Shown: positions 1 to 14,200, counted from the first letter of the whole stretch. The stretch: DNA of 63,114 nt, filler included, from Lenisia limosa (GCA_001655205.1; 8 parts of 8 records of this genome joined end to end with filler, not necessarily neighbours in it); one strand, 5' to 3'. The notes: generated by a model from the sequence alone, not told the origin. Translations and numbers: made by a program.

Positions 1-3000
1 AGCCAGCGTTTGACGAGGGCGCCAACGACATCCCCATTGGTCCTGACTGTCTCAAAATCCTGGCTTCAAGACTTGTCCAAGCTGGCGCTCAGGGTGGCTG
101 GGGCATGTGTCCTTTTGTTGTCTCCTGTTCTCTGTTCTCCTTTCTCATCAGCTAGTAACCTCTGACCTTGCTGTTCTCTTTTCTCATCAGCCAGTAACCT
201 CTGACATTGCTGTTCTCTTTTTCAACCTCAGACTTTGCTGTTCTCTTTTCTCATAAGTCAATAACCTCTGACCTTATGTAGTCGTCCTTCCTGAAAGGCT
301 AGAGTCAAGCTTCGTATCCTCCTTCCAAGGTCCGTGCTTGCCTCTTTTGAGCCAACTGCAATTTCTGGTTTTTCATGCATTCCTTTGACCCTCCAGACAC
401 CCCCACCACCGGCCTCAACCCCTCTGCCCTCTCCGGCCTGGCTCTTCTTCGCATCATCGCGAGAACGTCCATGTACTCCGAGGCAATTCGTGGCGCCGCG
501 TCTGGGTGCTTCAGCAGTGGGGGAGGGATATCAACGAATGCTCTAGGGAGTGTCTTGTTGTGATTGTAGAGCTATACTCTCCCTTAGACTGACCTGCACA
601 GCTCGACTCCTGCCCAATGCCAGCCCCCTCCTCCCAGCCTCCGCTTTCATCGTCCCTTCACTGACCGCTAAACTCGACCGCCAACTTGTGGGTCCTTTCC
701 CAGCGTCAATTCGGGCACTGTAACCACGACTATCACTTCAGCAACAAGCACTCACCCCTTAGGCCGACCTCTTGTCTGTCCTCTCCCTCGACTTCCCCCT
801 TTGGGTATCCTCCCTTCCCGCAGCCTGCCCCCATGCCTTCCCCCTTGCCACCCGAAAGGCCGCCCTGGCCGTGTTCGGCTTCGGCCTCAACCGTGGCTTC
901 CACGCCATCATAAAGTGAGCTGCGTACCTTGCACGTGTTGCCAATCTGAGCTGTTATTGAAAGTCCACTTTTTTCAGTCGTTTCCTGACCCTGTAGACAC
1001 ACCCCGCAGCCTCCCAATGTTGACCACATTAACGTCAGAATAATGAGGACAATGCGGAAAAAGGTATCCAGGCATGCATCTTTTCTCTGGCTGGATTGTT
1101 GATTTGGAAGCTCTGTAATACGTTGATAAGTTATAGCCCTCCGTTCTACTCTTTTTTTTGTTTGGTTGTTTCAAAACCCTCCCATGGGACCGGAATGTTT
1201 ATATCACCCCCAGGTTGCAAACAGAGTTGATTTTGGGCTTTTTTGTTTCATAAATTTTCCAATTTTACTCCCCAGGTTGCCATTTCGCGTGCCGACATTC
1301 TGAAGGCGGCCGACCGTGTCATGTCTCTTCTCGATACGCCCAAGAACAAACAGCGTGTTCTAGAGGTTCGCCTTAAATGAATTGGTCTCTCATTTGACAA
1401 CATGACAATGACCCCCCAGGTTGAGTACCATGATGAGGCCGGCACCGGCAGTGGGCCCACGTTCGAGTTCTTTACTAACACATCACGCTTGGCCCGCGAC
1501 ACCACGCACAACATCTGGCTTGAAACTGCCGGTATGCCAATGGGCTTGCGAAGATATCGACTTGAACCCAATATTTTTCATTTCCACCCAAGCACTAACC
1601 TCGCAGGCACGGCGCCGGCAGAGTTTGCCGCCGCAATTGACACTAAAAAGAAAACCGCTCACCCGTGCCGTGTGGTGGACCTTGTGAGGGGGGATGCTGA
1701 GACGCCTTTGTATTGTTCTATCTTGGGGGTACTTTCTATGCACATTTTATTACAGCACACTATTTGGCCTGACAGCCTAGGTCAATGCTCCGAACGGTCT
1801 CTACCCCATGCCATCCTCCGCTCTTCAATCCACAGGTAGCCTCATACTTTCAGGCAATTATTAATTTGTGAGTACTCACCCCCCAGAAGGCAGCGAGAAG
1901 TCGAAGAAGCTTTTGCTCCTCACCGGGCGTCTCATTGGCAGGTTCGCCGCCGCCGTGATTATATCTCCCCGGATACCCCAAGAAGAATAGACACCCATCA
2001 CTCGCATTTACGCCTGTAGAGCTCTCTTGGACGACCGTCAAGTTGACCTTCCCCTGTCACACGCTCTGGTGTACTATCTTGTTCATGGCCAAGTGCCTGG
2101 GCATNNNNNNNNNNNNNNNNNNNNNNNNNNNNNNNNNNNNNNNNNNNNNNNNNNNNNNNNNNNNNNNNNNNNNNNNNNNNNNNNNNNNNNNNNNNNNNNN
2201 NNNNNNNNNNNNNNNNNNNNNNNNNNNNNNNNNNNNNNNNNNNNNNNNNNNTTGCCATTTCAAGACGCGATTTACCGTCTAGTATTGACCCGAATGTGGC
2301 AGTGTCGTTGCGTAAGCTCTCAGCAACGGCTGAATCGGCCACGCCCAATATCGACGGTGTGGAACTCGGCAATTTAGGCCTGGACTGGNNNNNNNNNNNN
2401 NNNNNNNNNNNNNNNNNNNNNNNNNNNNNNNNNNNNNNNNNNNNNNNNNNNNNNNNNNNNNNNNNNNNNNNNNNNNNNNNNNNNNNNNNNNNNNNNNNNN
2501 NNNNNNNNNNNNNNNNNNNNNNNNNNNNNNNNNNNNNNNNNNNNNNNNNNNNNNNNNNNGAAGCAACACGGACCTCACCAACAAGGACGCTTTGGCTTAT
2601 ATCCATTCTCTCAATGCCTCTTATGAACGTCTGTGCAAGGAACAAGGTGCGAAGGACTAGTGTTAATGCCGGACAACCTGAGGGACGAGCTTATCTCGGA
2701 ATACCTTAACAATTCGTTTTTTTCAGACCCAAGTGAACTATTTGGAGAAGATAATGACCGTGCAGTTTCGATCCTGCGCCAGGGACTTGAAGCCTCAATT
2801 CGGCCATCTCTACTTGCCCTTCTCATGCCTGAGGAAGTGGTTTCATGTCTCTGCGGACAGGCCACGTGGTGCGCTGAAGATCTTCGCGCTGTTGCAAGGG
2901 TACGGGCGCCTTTGGCTTTTGTCATCTCACCCCCCAGGTCCAACATGGATACACCGCCACGTCCCCCCCAGTTATGTATTTATACGAGGTCCTTGATGCC

Positions 3001-3637
3001 ATGACGTCAGAGGAGAAGCAGCTGTTTGCCATGTTCACCACCGGCAAGCGCCACCTTCCCGTCGGAGGTTTCAGGTACGCCCGGCTCCGTGTTGGATTCT
3101 GATGATGCTGTGTTTGTACTTATGCGATTGTTGCCAATTCAAGACTTATTCACGACGGCAGTTCTCTGGAGCCGCCCTTCACAATCGTTCGCAAGGATGT
3201 GGAATACGGCGCCTCGGCTGACGACGTGCTGCCCACCGTCATGACCTGTACTAATTATCTTAAAGTGGGGGGTATTCAGTGTGGTTTGTGGAAATTGACA
3301 AAATTTGAAAATTAAGTGTCTGAAATTGATTCAACATTACAATATGTCACACTTCAAAATTTTCCAATTATTTTTTCAATTAATTGGAGCCCTGTTTTGT
3401 GATCGTTTACCCTGTAGCTTCCCCCCTATTCCTCTTCCAAAATCCTTGAGTCTCGTTTGAAGGTTGCCATTACCCAGGTAGAGGGTGCCATCACTGCATA
3501 CCAACTAACTTCCGTTTCCTTGCCCACCAATACCACCATCGTATAATACATAAACGAGATATGGGCAGATTGTGTTTCTGTGAGGTGTTGAACTGAAAAT
3601 CACGTTTTAGGGCCAAAATGCATTCCATCTGTCATAG
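1..3637 (+). CDS. HECT E3 ubiquitin ligase, TRIP12/UFD4/UPL3 type (multi-exon, 5'-truncated at window edge)
   Basis: Spliced exons read [22 protein letters not shown]|[16 protein letters not shown]...LE|[62 protein letters not shown]|LPPYSS...AITQ|GQNAFHLS* (stop TAG at 3635-3637). These match the family's motifs through the catalytic Cys and the GQxxFxLS C-terminus. Confidence 0.93.
100..275. repeat. Degenerate intronic tandem repeat, unit ~38-40 bp
   Basis: CTGTTCTCTTTTCTCATCAG(C/T)AGTAACCTCTGAC(C/A)TTG recurs about 4 times in the first visible HECT intron. Confidence 0.8.
1214..1275 (+). repeat. Family C intron-3'-end repeat, ending on the HECT acceptor AG
   Basis: CAAACAGAGTTGATTTTTGGGCTTTTTTGTTTCATAAATTTTCCAATTTTACTCCCCAG, bracketed by an 11-bp direct repeat CCCCAGGTTGC (1208-1218 and 1270-1280). 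Confidence 0.85.
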
Positions 3638-3915
3638 AGTTGTATTCTTTTTGTTTTGTGCTGTATTGCTTATTGTAATAGATCCATCCCCGTTTCTATT
3701 TGGTCCTTTCTTCCGCACTTAGAGATGAATAATAAATATTTATGAATAAACAGTGTTAGTTGAAGGCACACGCAAGGTACGTTTGGGGACCACCGTAGTT
3801 GTTTGGATTCGCGTAGTCCTCGGGATCTGGAAAGTGAACTTTTGTGTCGCCGCTAATTTCATTCTGCAAAAAAAAAAACAGGGAAAAGATGGGATCGAAT
3901 TTTGATAAATCTGTT

Positions 3916-6900
3916 TCAGCTTGATGTTTCGCCAGTATTGAAAAAATTAATGACGCCCATTACCAGGGTACGAAGAACTGTCCTCAAAGTTGATGTCAAA
4001 GTAAATACTAAAACGTCATGCTGATTCACAAGGTCATAATGATCCCATGACAGCCCAAGACTTGGCTCACCCGACACATTGCTGGTTGCTGTTGGCGTGG
4101 TCTCCTCCAAAGTTGCCTGGCAAGGTGTGCGGTTCGCCAGTGAAGGTTTCGATTGCTGCACCTCCATCTGGTCGATGACAAAATTCCTCACATTATCGTA
4201 GTGAAAACTCTTTTTGTCAATCCGCCAGCTTATGCATATCGATATGTCATATGATATACCACTGCTATGTAATACTATGTACAACAATGATATGATAGAA
4301 TATATGATATGATATCATATCATATGCTATGAGGAATGAGAGCGTAATAACCCACTAATTTCGTAAAGAGGCATTGTCACGTGGGGGTTGCCATCTTGGA
4401 AGTTTGTTGCCAACGTGTGGTTTGACTAAGCGAGTAAAAGCAAAGAAAAACAATAACCAATGCGCCAATATATGATATCCTTTCCATCCATTTACAGGGA
4501 TGAATTCTCCGAAAGAAATGACACTACTTGCCCCACAGAAAGCTAACAATACCCACTCTGAAAACGGTATTTTTGACAGCAAGCCATCCCTCAGTGTCAA
4601 AGCCCCTTCCAGCCTGTATCATAAGTCAGAACAGTCGGTCAAGGAGGGGGCGGTATCATAATTTTGTATTGAAAAGTTGCTTTTGAGAAGAAAGATATCA
4701 AAAAAAGACGATATATAACCTTTTTGAATGAAATTTAGAAGAAAAATGAGGACAGCGCTCTCGATGCTGTACTTATGCCAAATATTTTATCCAGCCTGCC
4801 ACCTGGGGCCATCCTAACGATGCACACTCCAGACGCATTGCAGCTGAAACTAATGTGATAAGTACAAAAAAAAAAAAAATTTTCATAGAAAATTTCACAG
4901 AAGGGCACAAGTACCTCACTCAATCGATGCTGAAGGCCTCCAAACGATAAAAAAAGACATCATTATTTCTTTTCCAAATCAGTCCCAACCCTACATTCAG
5001 CGATGGTGGAGAGCCCAGCGTAGCTGCCGTGTGCAATGAATGAGATGGTGTAGACTTTGGTGTAACTACCCATTGTACACCAGGTCTAGGGGGGAGTAAA
5101 ACAAAGGAAATTTATGAAGCAATAAAGCCCAAAATCAACTCTGTTNNNNNNNNNNNNNNNNNNNNNNNNNNNNNNNNNNNNNNNNNNNNNNNNNNNNNNN
5201 NNNNNNNNNNNNNNNNNNNNNNNNNNNNNNNNNNNNNNNNNNNNNNNNNNNNNNNNNNNNNNNNNNNNNNATCTGAAAATAGCTTCAGTACAAGAAATTC
5301 CAGAAATTATCAAAAAAAGGTCCATTTAGAAGACACCAAGAACATTCATTCGCCTCACCATAGGCCTACCTCCTTGATGCCAAGGGGAGTCATGAAGGAG
5401 TAGAAACCTTCCTCCAGCAGTGGATTGGAGTTGAACAACGCCGCACAATCGGAATGCATAAGAGAGTAGAGTGAAGGGTCTAAACTATAAAGAACAGATT
5501 GACACAGGAGTGAAATGAAAGAGAAATGAATAAAACAGGATACCACGCTATCTCCATCTAAAAGGGACAATTGCATCCCTGATACCCATGTGGTCAATTC
5601 CCAGGCTCCTGGCTGACACTTGATCCTGGAAGGTGAAACATCTTTCATCATACAAATTTGCTCTCTTTGGTGTATAATATGTACTAGTATATATGTATGT
5701 AGTATGTACATACATGTATGTTTAAATATATCTGTACCATTTTCTCAAACAGAGTCCAGACATACATAATATATATATAATATATAATACATATCAAACA
5801 GTAAAGCTATATCATATGCATATAGTATAGCTAGCTACATGTAAAATATACTGTAACCAAACTTCCATATTAGATAAAAAAAATCTATAGAGTCCTAACT
5901 ATGTTGTATTCGCACTAATGTAAAAGGAAGTCAATCACCCCACCAGGATGCAATGTCCTTTCAAATCATAGCCCCAGCCCACGCCAGTGATCGGGTAGAC
6001 AGCAGCGTGTCCCGCAGTAGTGGGTGCTGCAATGTTCTCTGCATGGAACCCAGAGAAGCTAAACAGTCAGGGACGTGAAAGACATCTCTCAATTCACAAA
6101 GACCTGTTCACGTGAGTATCATCGCATTCATCCAGCCCCACTCAAGGTTGTTGCTGATGGTATAAACCTTGTTGGTGTTAAGTAGGAAGGCCAGAGATCC
6201 AGCCACCAAAAACTGAAACAATCACAATTCTTTAACAATCTAGTAGAGAAGGGGGAAGGCATATGTTTCAAGGGAATATTTGACAGCATCACAGCATCAG
6301 AACATGTACTCAGAACACCTGCTGCCGTGATGAATGGTGAAAATGAGGGGTTGGGGTTGGGGCTGTCTTCTTTTTCGGAATAGACCAGTCTTTTATTGTG
6401 GACACGGTTAAAGAAACACATACAGACACCAACAGACCGTGAAAAAGAGTACAGCAGCAGTCATTTTGTCAGTGCCAAGCAGCCTTGCAAACAGCACCGC
6501 ACAGAGTCTTGTTTGTTTGTTGGTTGTCGTCTTTTTCTTGAGAGGGCTGGATTGGGCTGGTTGTGTCAGGGGTGAGTTGTTTGGTAGGTTTGTGCGAGAA
6601 GTGCGAGTTTTCCCCTGACCGCCGGCGGGNNNNNNNNNNNNNNNNNNNNNNNNNNNNNNNNNNNNNNNNNNNNNNNNNNNNNNNNNNNNNNNNNNNNNNN
6701 NNNNNNNNNNNNNNNNNNNNNNNNNNNNNNNNNNCTTCGCCATATTTGCTCCAAAGAAAGTTTCTCCTTGCAGCTGGTCACTGGTCCGTTAACATGCTTT
6801 ACCACAAGATTAATTGTGTATTCCCCTTAACAATATACAAAACATTCACTGGTCATTTAGTTTTCTTCATTAAAGGGGAGACAAAGTATACCCCATTTAT

Positions 6901-8570
6901 TATAATATAAAGCACCTCACTTGGGTTCAGAATCTTCTCGACCGAAGCCACTATGGTGGTTAGGAAAAAGATGTCTCAAGTCAGGAAGAGGACAAAAAGT
7001 AACCTATTGACTGTATTGAAAATTACCAGGTATTGGTAAAAAATACTCATTTTGGACCCGCCCACATCTTTCAGTAACATTATTGAGAAGGTGTCCAATT
7101 TCATTCAGCGAACTGCCCAAATATCTCAGGACTAAACATTGACCCCTCTTTGACTAAATGATTTTACAAACGTTGCAAAATTCATCTTATATGGGTGAAA
7201 ATATTAACATTGATTATTGGGTGGCAATATTTCCATTGTTCTTACCTTGTAATCCTTGGCCTCCACCACTCCAGATGTTTTGATTCCGCCATCCTGGCTC
7301 ACCACCCTGATGAGGGAAAGCGCAGTAAAAACANNNNNNNNNNNNNNNNNNNNNNNNNNNNNNNNNNNNNNNNNNNNNNNNNNNNNNNNNNNNNNNNNNN
7401 NNNNNNNNNNNNNNNNNNNNNNNNNNTATTTAAACTTATTTTTAATTATAACCCGATCTATACAACCCACAAAAAAATCACACAGTCCCCCCTCACCAAG
7501 CAAAGGCAATGTATTGTCCTAAAAGAGGACGTTTGTTCAGCACAATTAAGTGGGAGAAGATGATGATGACATGATGGAGTTGTCTTCCCGTTTTCTGCAC
7601 TTATGTGCAACTCTTTTCTCTGGCTGTTTTCACTCGTTCAGTAGTGGGGCGGCAAATCATAATCCCTTTGAGAAAAAAACAGAAATTAAATTGAAAAAAT
7701 TCGCTTGGGGGGAGAAGGAGAAAATGTAACAAAACGTGGGTACAGTCAAAATCCTCGATTCGTTACAAATGTGTCCCACCCACCATCCTTACAGCACAGC
7801 ACAGGTATTGGGCTTTGGTTTTGTTTTGGTTCAAGTTTGGTTGGAATAATTACATTTGATGTTCTCCTCAAGCAAGAGNNNNNNNNNNATATCATATCAA
7901 GGTTGAACAGATTGTCTGACACTCTCAACCGACCTGAGGTTCACAGATTAGCACAAACGAGGAGGAGTTGTTCAGAGTGAAATGATTAATTCGGTGATTC
8001 GGCGGGGTGGGGTATGGAGCGATCTCCTCTACTACCCCATGGGGCTGCTAAAATTTAACAAGAGATCTAGAGGAGGGGGAGGTTTTGGTAGTACAAGGAG
8101 ATACAATTGAAACTGTAACGCAACATGCTCCCTTAAAGAATTACTGGGAGAACCGTACTGAAAGTCACGATTCAATTAGATGGAATAAAGGTGCTGTAAA
8201 AATGATAATAAAAAAGTAGCATCTGTTAAGGTGGATATGTCCAAGATCTGTCTGAAGAAGTCCACGTTAACATGCGTCAGCTTGCCAAAGGAAAACAACC
8301 AACCTAAAAACGTACATATTACATCCATACATATCTAACTTCTATCAGCTACTGTTGAATACCATTTGGCAAAGTTCCACACTTCGTCAGGTTATTTTAG
8401 TTGTTAACAATGAGGGCCGACTTCTCCGTCGGTTCGGACGTCTCCTCAGCTGAATCTGAAATAGTGAACGGGCGTAACTTCTGGAGGGGAGGTGTGACTC
8501 CTTTTGGCCAGGCAGACGCCCACAATGGCTCCAAAAGGATAATAGCGTCCAGGTGGAGGCTGGACATCAT
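3916..8570 (-). CDS. Uncharacterised multi-exon protein (family not recognised; may be more than one gene)
   Basis: A series of GC-richer open exons bounded by AG/GT on the minus strand, e.g. LDPSLYSLMHSDCAALFNSNPLLEEGFYSFMTPLGIKE, LEGALTLRDGLLSKIPFSEWVLL, and last exon WRIDKKSFHYDNVRNFVIDQ...GETSS*. Confidence 0.5.
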
Positions 8571-8806
8571 ATCATAGGAATACCATCATGTTTCATGTTG
8601 ATAAAGAACTTACCTCTACTATACTATTATCGTAAATGCATTCTAGTACAGTAGATACATTCTAAATGATGATATGTATATGTTGTGTACGTTTACGCAA
8701 GTGATATTTATATGATAGATTTTCAGGTCGAAATGAGGGATGAAGATGCATATCCTATGCAGAAATGAGTAATAAAAATATAACTCATCCCGAGTGTGTC
8801 AGAGTT

Positions 8807-10548
8807 TCATTGATAATTGTCAGTTAATTCACACCAGCGGATATGAGGTTCCACCATCCAACCTTCGTCCTCGTCAGCAGGCAGGAATTTCATTTCCTTG
8901 GACAGCCTGTTCTTCTTCGCTGCGCCATGGGAGTACAGGAGAACTCCAGACACCACAAAAACGAGAGACACTCCTGGGATGTGAATGAGTAAGAAGGTAT
9001 TCCTCTGGTTCAAAAAAGGACAGCTCCACATGGTTTGATTGCCATAATGACACCGAAAGCATATTAAGGGCCAGCGGAGTCTAACCTTTCAACGGAGTAA
9101 AGCACTGGGCCTCTTCAAACTGACAAAACAGCAAGGATGAAGCCAGGAAAACCAACACTGCAGTTAAGCCCTTCATCACTCCTGAGGGGGGGTGGGGGTA
9201 AAATATACTAGAATTATATATATTGATCAATTAATTTAATAATAATAAATAAAACCCAACTGTGTATGAAGAAAAAACAAACACAAAACAAAAAAATAGC
9301 CAGAAAAACAACAAAGGGCAGGGTCCAAAGAAACAAATGTCTGTTTTTGCTGCCTACCCGCAGTGACAGCGCCTACGGTACCAAGCAGAGTGTAGAACGT
9401 GCCAGAGTGAATTCCGTCCAAAAAGGTGATCAGAAGGAAGAGGCCAGCAACAACATCCCACCCCCAATCCGCATCCTAATCAGTGAGTATTCAACTCTAA
9501 TTGCGGAATAAAGATATAGCTGGTTGATATAATATAGCAATGAGAAAAAAAAACAAGATTGTATCTGGCCGAAGCCGTCCACATCACGCTTATAAGAGAG
9601 GATACATGATATAATTAACTATCGTACCATACATGATATAATCAACTATCATACCATACATTATTTTAGTATATACTATACTTACGTCAGATATGATCAA
9701 CGAGAGAAGTGAGTGTATTTTATTACATATGTCCAGGGCTTAGAAGACTGTCTGTGTGGATCTTGATATTTGCACAGTTTATTTTGGACTGAGAGAATCC
9801 CAAGTAAAACCCTTAGAGGCAAACCTCAACATTGTCATAGACCTTCTCGTTCCATTTCGGAATAGTCCACATGACTGAAAGGTAAAGTGCAATCCACTGG
9901 CATTTCACATATTCACATATTTGTCCATCCATGCCAGATCCATACTCATCTTTGATCCATCATACTCATATTTGATCCATACCAGGCCGACACCTACCGA
10001 GCCAGATGGAGCAGTAGAGAAGTGCCCACATGCCAACATAGGAGCACAGCTTGTTCGCCAGAAGGGGTCGTGGACTGTGAACGTTAACACATCCGAAAGA
10101 TGAAACATAGCTGTCAACAACAGACCTATGAGCAGAAAGATAAAACTTTGGTGTCAACAACAGACCTATGAGCAGAAAGATGAAACATAAACAACAGACC
10201 TATGAGCAATAGCCATTTCGTTGACTACGTAGGTGGTGGAGTGCAAAATGGTTCCAACCAACACCATTGCGGCTCCGTAGACAACAGTCCTGGGGTAGCC
10301 TCCTGTGTTGTTATTGAGATTGTTTTATGGTTAGTTTTTTTTATTTCAAATTTAGTTATAACTTGGTTCATGGTGTATTACCTTCTTGTTTCCCCTTCCC
10401 TCCCTTCTCTTTTAACTTCAATAGACCCCCTCTCCCCACCCTGTGTGGTATCTAGGCCAGATGCCACGAGTCCAATAGTGACGATGAACACAGAGAGCCA
10501 CTGCTGTGTACTCAGTTTTCTCCCCAGAAACATTCGGGAGAGCACCTG
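8807..10548 (-). CDS. SLC35/DMT-family nucleotide-sugar-transporter-like membrane protein (5' part in gap or contig edge)
   Basis: Exons VLSRMFLGRKLSTQQWLSVFIVTIGLVASG, VYGAAMVLVGTILHSTTYVVNE, KLCSYVGMWALLYCSIW, GIHSGTFYTLLGTVGAVTAG|VMKGLTAVLVFLASSLLFCQFEEAQCFT, GVSLVFVVSGVLLYS show the DMT transmembrane pattern. Confidence 0.7.
10095..10208. repeat. Three tandem 34-40 bp copies containing the exon/donor junction
   Basis: GAAAGATGAAAC...CAACAGACCTATGAGCA x3; on the minus strand each copy contains TGCTCATAG|GTCTGTTG. Confidence 0.9.
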
Positions 10549-11111
10549 AATAGGGTTAAAATTGATTGCAAAAATATCAGTAAAATATTGTAATTTGAAG
10601 ATTTATTGAGAAATTCAGTCTTTTTATGAAACGAAGTGAAGCCCTAATTACAATGATATCATCCATGTAGATATCGATATATACTATTATTACTGGAGTT
10701 AAGGCGGTCGTCCAATGTATATCATAAGCCATNNNNNNNNNNNNNNNNNNNNNNNNNNNNNNNNNNNNNNNNNNNNNNNNNNNNNNNNNNNNNNNNNNNN
10801 NNNNNNNNNNNNNNNNNNNNNNNNNNNNNNNNNNNNNNNNNNNNNNNNNNNNNNNNNNNNNNNNNNNNNNNNNNATGGACTCTGGAGGGAAGGTATATTA
10901 TATAATTATTTTTAAAAATCTGTATTTTATGGGGGTGATTTCAGAGAGGAAAAAATCCAAACAAAAAGCTTGTCATTTGTTGTTCTTGAGGAACTTAAAG
11001 AGGCAAAGGATTGACTGTTTTTTGAAAAATAATTGGAATACTAACTGAATAGGAAAAACACTTATGTTTTTCAAAAGTATATCGATATATCTATCATATA
11101 TATATGATACA

Positions 11112-11211
11112 NNNNNNNNNNNNNNNNNNNNNNNNNNNNNNNNNNNNNNNNNNNNTTAATTAATTAANNNNNNNNNNNNNNNNNNNNNNNNNNNNNNNNN
11201 NNNNNNNNNNN
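11112..11211. other. Artificial contig spacer 1
   Basis: 44 N + TTAATTAATTAA (stops in all six frames) + 44 N. Confidence 0.98.
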
Positions 11212-14200
11212 GGGGGGTAGAAGGGGGCATGGTGGGGGTCGAGGCTGAGGGGTACGCCACCGTAGGAGTCTACGTGGCCGAGGGAGGCTTCTTCGACAAA
11301 GGGTGCAATGATGACGACTGAGGAGGTCAGACTGGTCAAAATAACGTGTCTAGAATTAGTTTGTGTTTGTAGTGGGAGCAACACTTTTGATTTGCACGTA
11401 TTTTATAAGAGGACATTGGGAAATTCAGTTCCTTCTTACAGGTTAATAATACGATATAAGAGCAGAAGATAGTGAAGACGGTGACGTTGACCCGTCTTCT
11501 GAGAAGTTCTGCAGGGGAGAGGGTGGGGCAGACCTACACCGTTATTGATGATTACAACAGCGCAAAGACAAATCAGGTAGAATGTGTTTAATGTTAAAAG
11601 CCAATTTCCAAGAATTATCTTGGGCTTCACTTCGGTCGAAACAATAAATCCTCAAAAACAATCTTAACGGACAGAAGTGAGGCCTCAGAAAAACCACCGC
11701 TAACAATGCAGGCACCTGGGGTGGGGAGAGCACGGCAGAACTGGAAGCGACGAAGGAAGGAGATGAGAATGGATACCAGGAGGCCTGCCATGAGGCTCAA
11801 AAGGGTCACGAGGGCGAGACGGTCTGGTGTTGTGAGTGGAACAGAAATGGTGATGCATGAATGATATGTGGGTAGGAAACATACTGTATCATATTGGTAT
11901 TGTAATTTCTTGTGAGAGAACCAAAATTGAATAGTTTCAGTACTAATTGAGAAATTCACTCTTTGTTGTAGCGAATGGAGGTAAGGATAAAGACAGCAAG
12001 ATTTGCGGAGGGCCCACAGAGAGTGAAAAATCCGAAGGGGCGACAGAGGGTCAGAGAGCGGCATACTGTGTAGCCTTGGAATGAATCTGCGGAATGAAAA
12101 GAAAGTACAACAAAGCAAACAAAAACCAAAAATTTGAACCAATGTAATGGCCACGAAAGAGAAGTAGATTTCCCGAAAACAGGTCCGCCAGAACAAATCT
12201 GCAAAACCCACGCTCTTTATGGTCTTCGANNNNNNNNNNNNNNNNNNNNNNNNNNNNNNNNNNNNNNNNNNNNNNNNNNNNNNNNNNNNNNNNNNNNNNN
12301 NNNNNNNNNNNNNNNNNNCAAATGATGGTCAAAGGAGTAATAATTGTGTCATACATATAATTACATAGTATATTATATAGCGATGAGAAATAAAAAAAAG
12401 ATTGCATCTGGCCTCACCTTGGAGAGGTAGCCAGTCTGATTTGCTGAAGCTTGGAGGTAGGAAACTGAGAGGGTGGGGGAGACAATTGAATACGCTCCGA
12501 AGGCCTGTGGGAGGGGGAGGGGGGGGTAAAAAAAATGCTAGGTTGACAATGTGAAATCAGAACATATCTCAACTCGGAGTACTTCGACATATCAACATAA
12601 ACGAAGTAAATTGGATACAACCCAAAGGTGGTACCTTGGCTCAAACTGAAACTAATTCACCGAATCAATCAGACAAGACGACGTTGTCGAGTCTCCCTTC
12701 CCACCCGCGTTGCATGGTCGACCACCGCACTCCATGCCGGCCGGGTATCGAAGCTGTCCGGCCCGTTAGAGTGTGTTGTTAGGCTGCTGTCTATGTTGGC
12801 CATCATGGCGTCGGCAAGCGGCCTGGGGGGGGGGGGNNNNNNNNNNNNNNNNNNNNNNNNNNNNNNNNNNNNNNNNNNNNNNNNNNNNNNNNNNNNNNNN
12901 NNNNNNNNNNNNNNNNNNNNNNNNNNNNNNNNNNNNNNNNNNNNNNNNNNNNNNNNNTGAAACTCCAAACAAAATACAAAACAAAACAAACAAACAAACA
13001 AAAAAGCTAATTTGAGGTCTCAAAGCTTAAACACGACAATATTTAGATCATACAAGAGGTTGAGAGCAAAGCAGCCAAACGTACCATTTAGACCTCGGGG
13101 AACTTGCCGTCAGATTACTGTGCTGCGACTCGGCAGACGAAAACACCGACGCGTAGCCTATGGGGGTGAGAGGGGGGAGCANNNNNNNNNNNNNNNNNNN
13201 NNNNNNNNNNNNNNNNNNNNNNNNNNNNNNNNNNNNNNNNNNNNNNNNNNNNNNNNNNNNNNNNNNNNNNNNNNNNNNNNNNNNNNNNNNNNNNNNNNNN
13301 NNNNNNNNNNNNNNNNNNNNNNNNNNNNNNNNNNNNNNNNNNNNNNNNNNNNNNNNNNNAAAAGCACACATTGGTAAAACAACAAAACAGACAAAGCCCA
13401 AGCCAGTCCCTTCCGTAGAACTGAAAATAACAACTCCACGGGTAAAAGAAAGCACGAGATTATTAAATATTAAGCCTATCAAAGAAGTTATTTGATTCGT
13501 CTGCACCCTTTGCCCACCCTTGCGCTGAAACAACCTTGAAAATCCGTAGGGACACGCAAGGTACTCATCCGCCTCCCAGTCCGACGTGGGGTACCTGGGG
13601 GTGTCAGGGTCGTTATTATATATTACATATTTTCCGGGTATTTTGGCTATGTACGGTATTATTTGGGTTCGAGTCGACAATCTCAAAAATTTAGAAAAGT
13701 AGAACACAATAAGGGAAAATGAGAAGGGTTGTTTCACCATGAAACTGTCCATCCTTTCCAGAACTAAAAGCTTCGAAGCCCGTCCCACCCAGGCCAGGTG
13801 CCCCCTTTGCCGTTAGTCGTGTTGAGGGAACTGCCAATTCGTGTCGTCTCCTGGCCGCATATCAAGGCCATCATGCTGGGGGGGGGGGGGNNNNNNNNNN
13901 NNNNNNNNNNNNNNNNNNNNNNNNNNNNNNNNNNNNNNNNNNNNNNNNNNNNNNNNNNNNNNNNNNNNNNNNNNNNNNNNNNNNNNNNNNNNNATTATAC
14001 AGGATTATTTCAAAATATAATCAATGTTTGTATTAGTACACCCTCCAACTCTTGGGGGCCCTGGCCAATAGACACTAAGTGTGGAAAGTAGAACGTTGAG
14101 TAGCCAGACGTCTTCCCCTCTGCACAAGGTAATCATTCAGCTCAAAAGGTTGAAATATGATGGGATTCCAACAAAACATGATTTATTATATTCAGTCATA

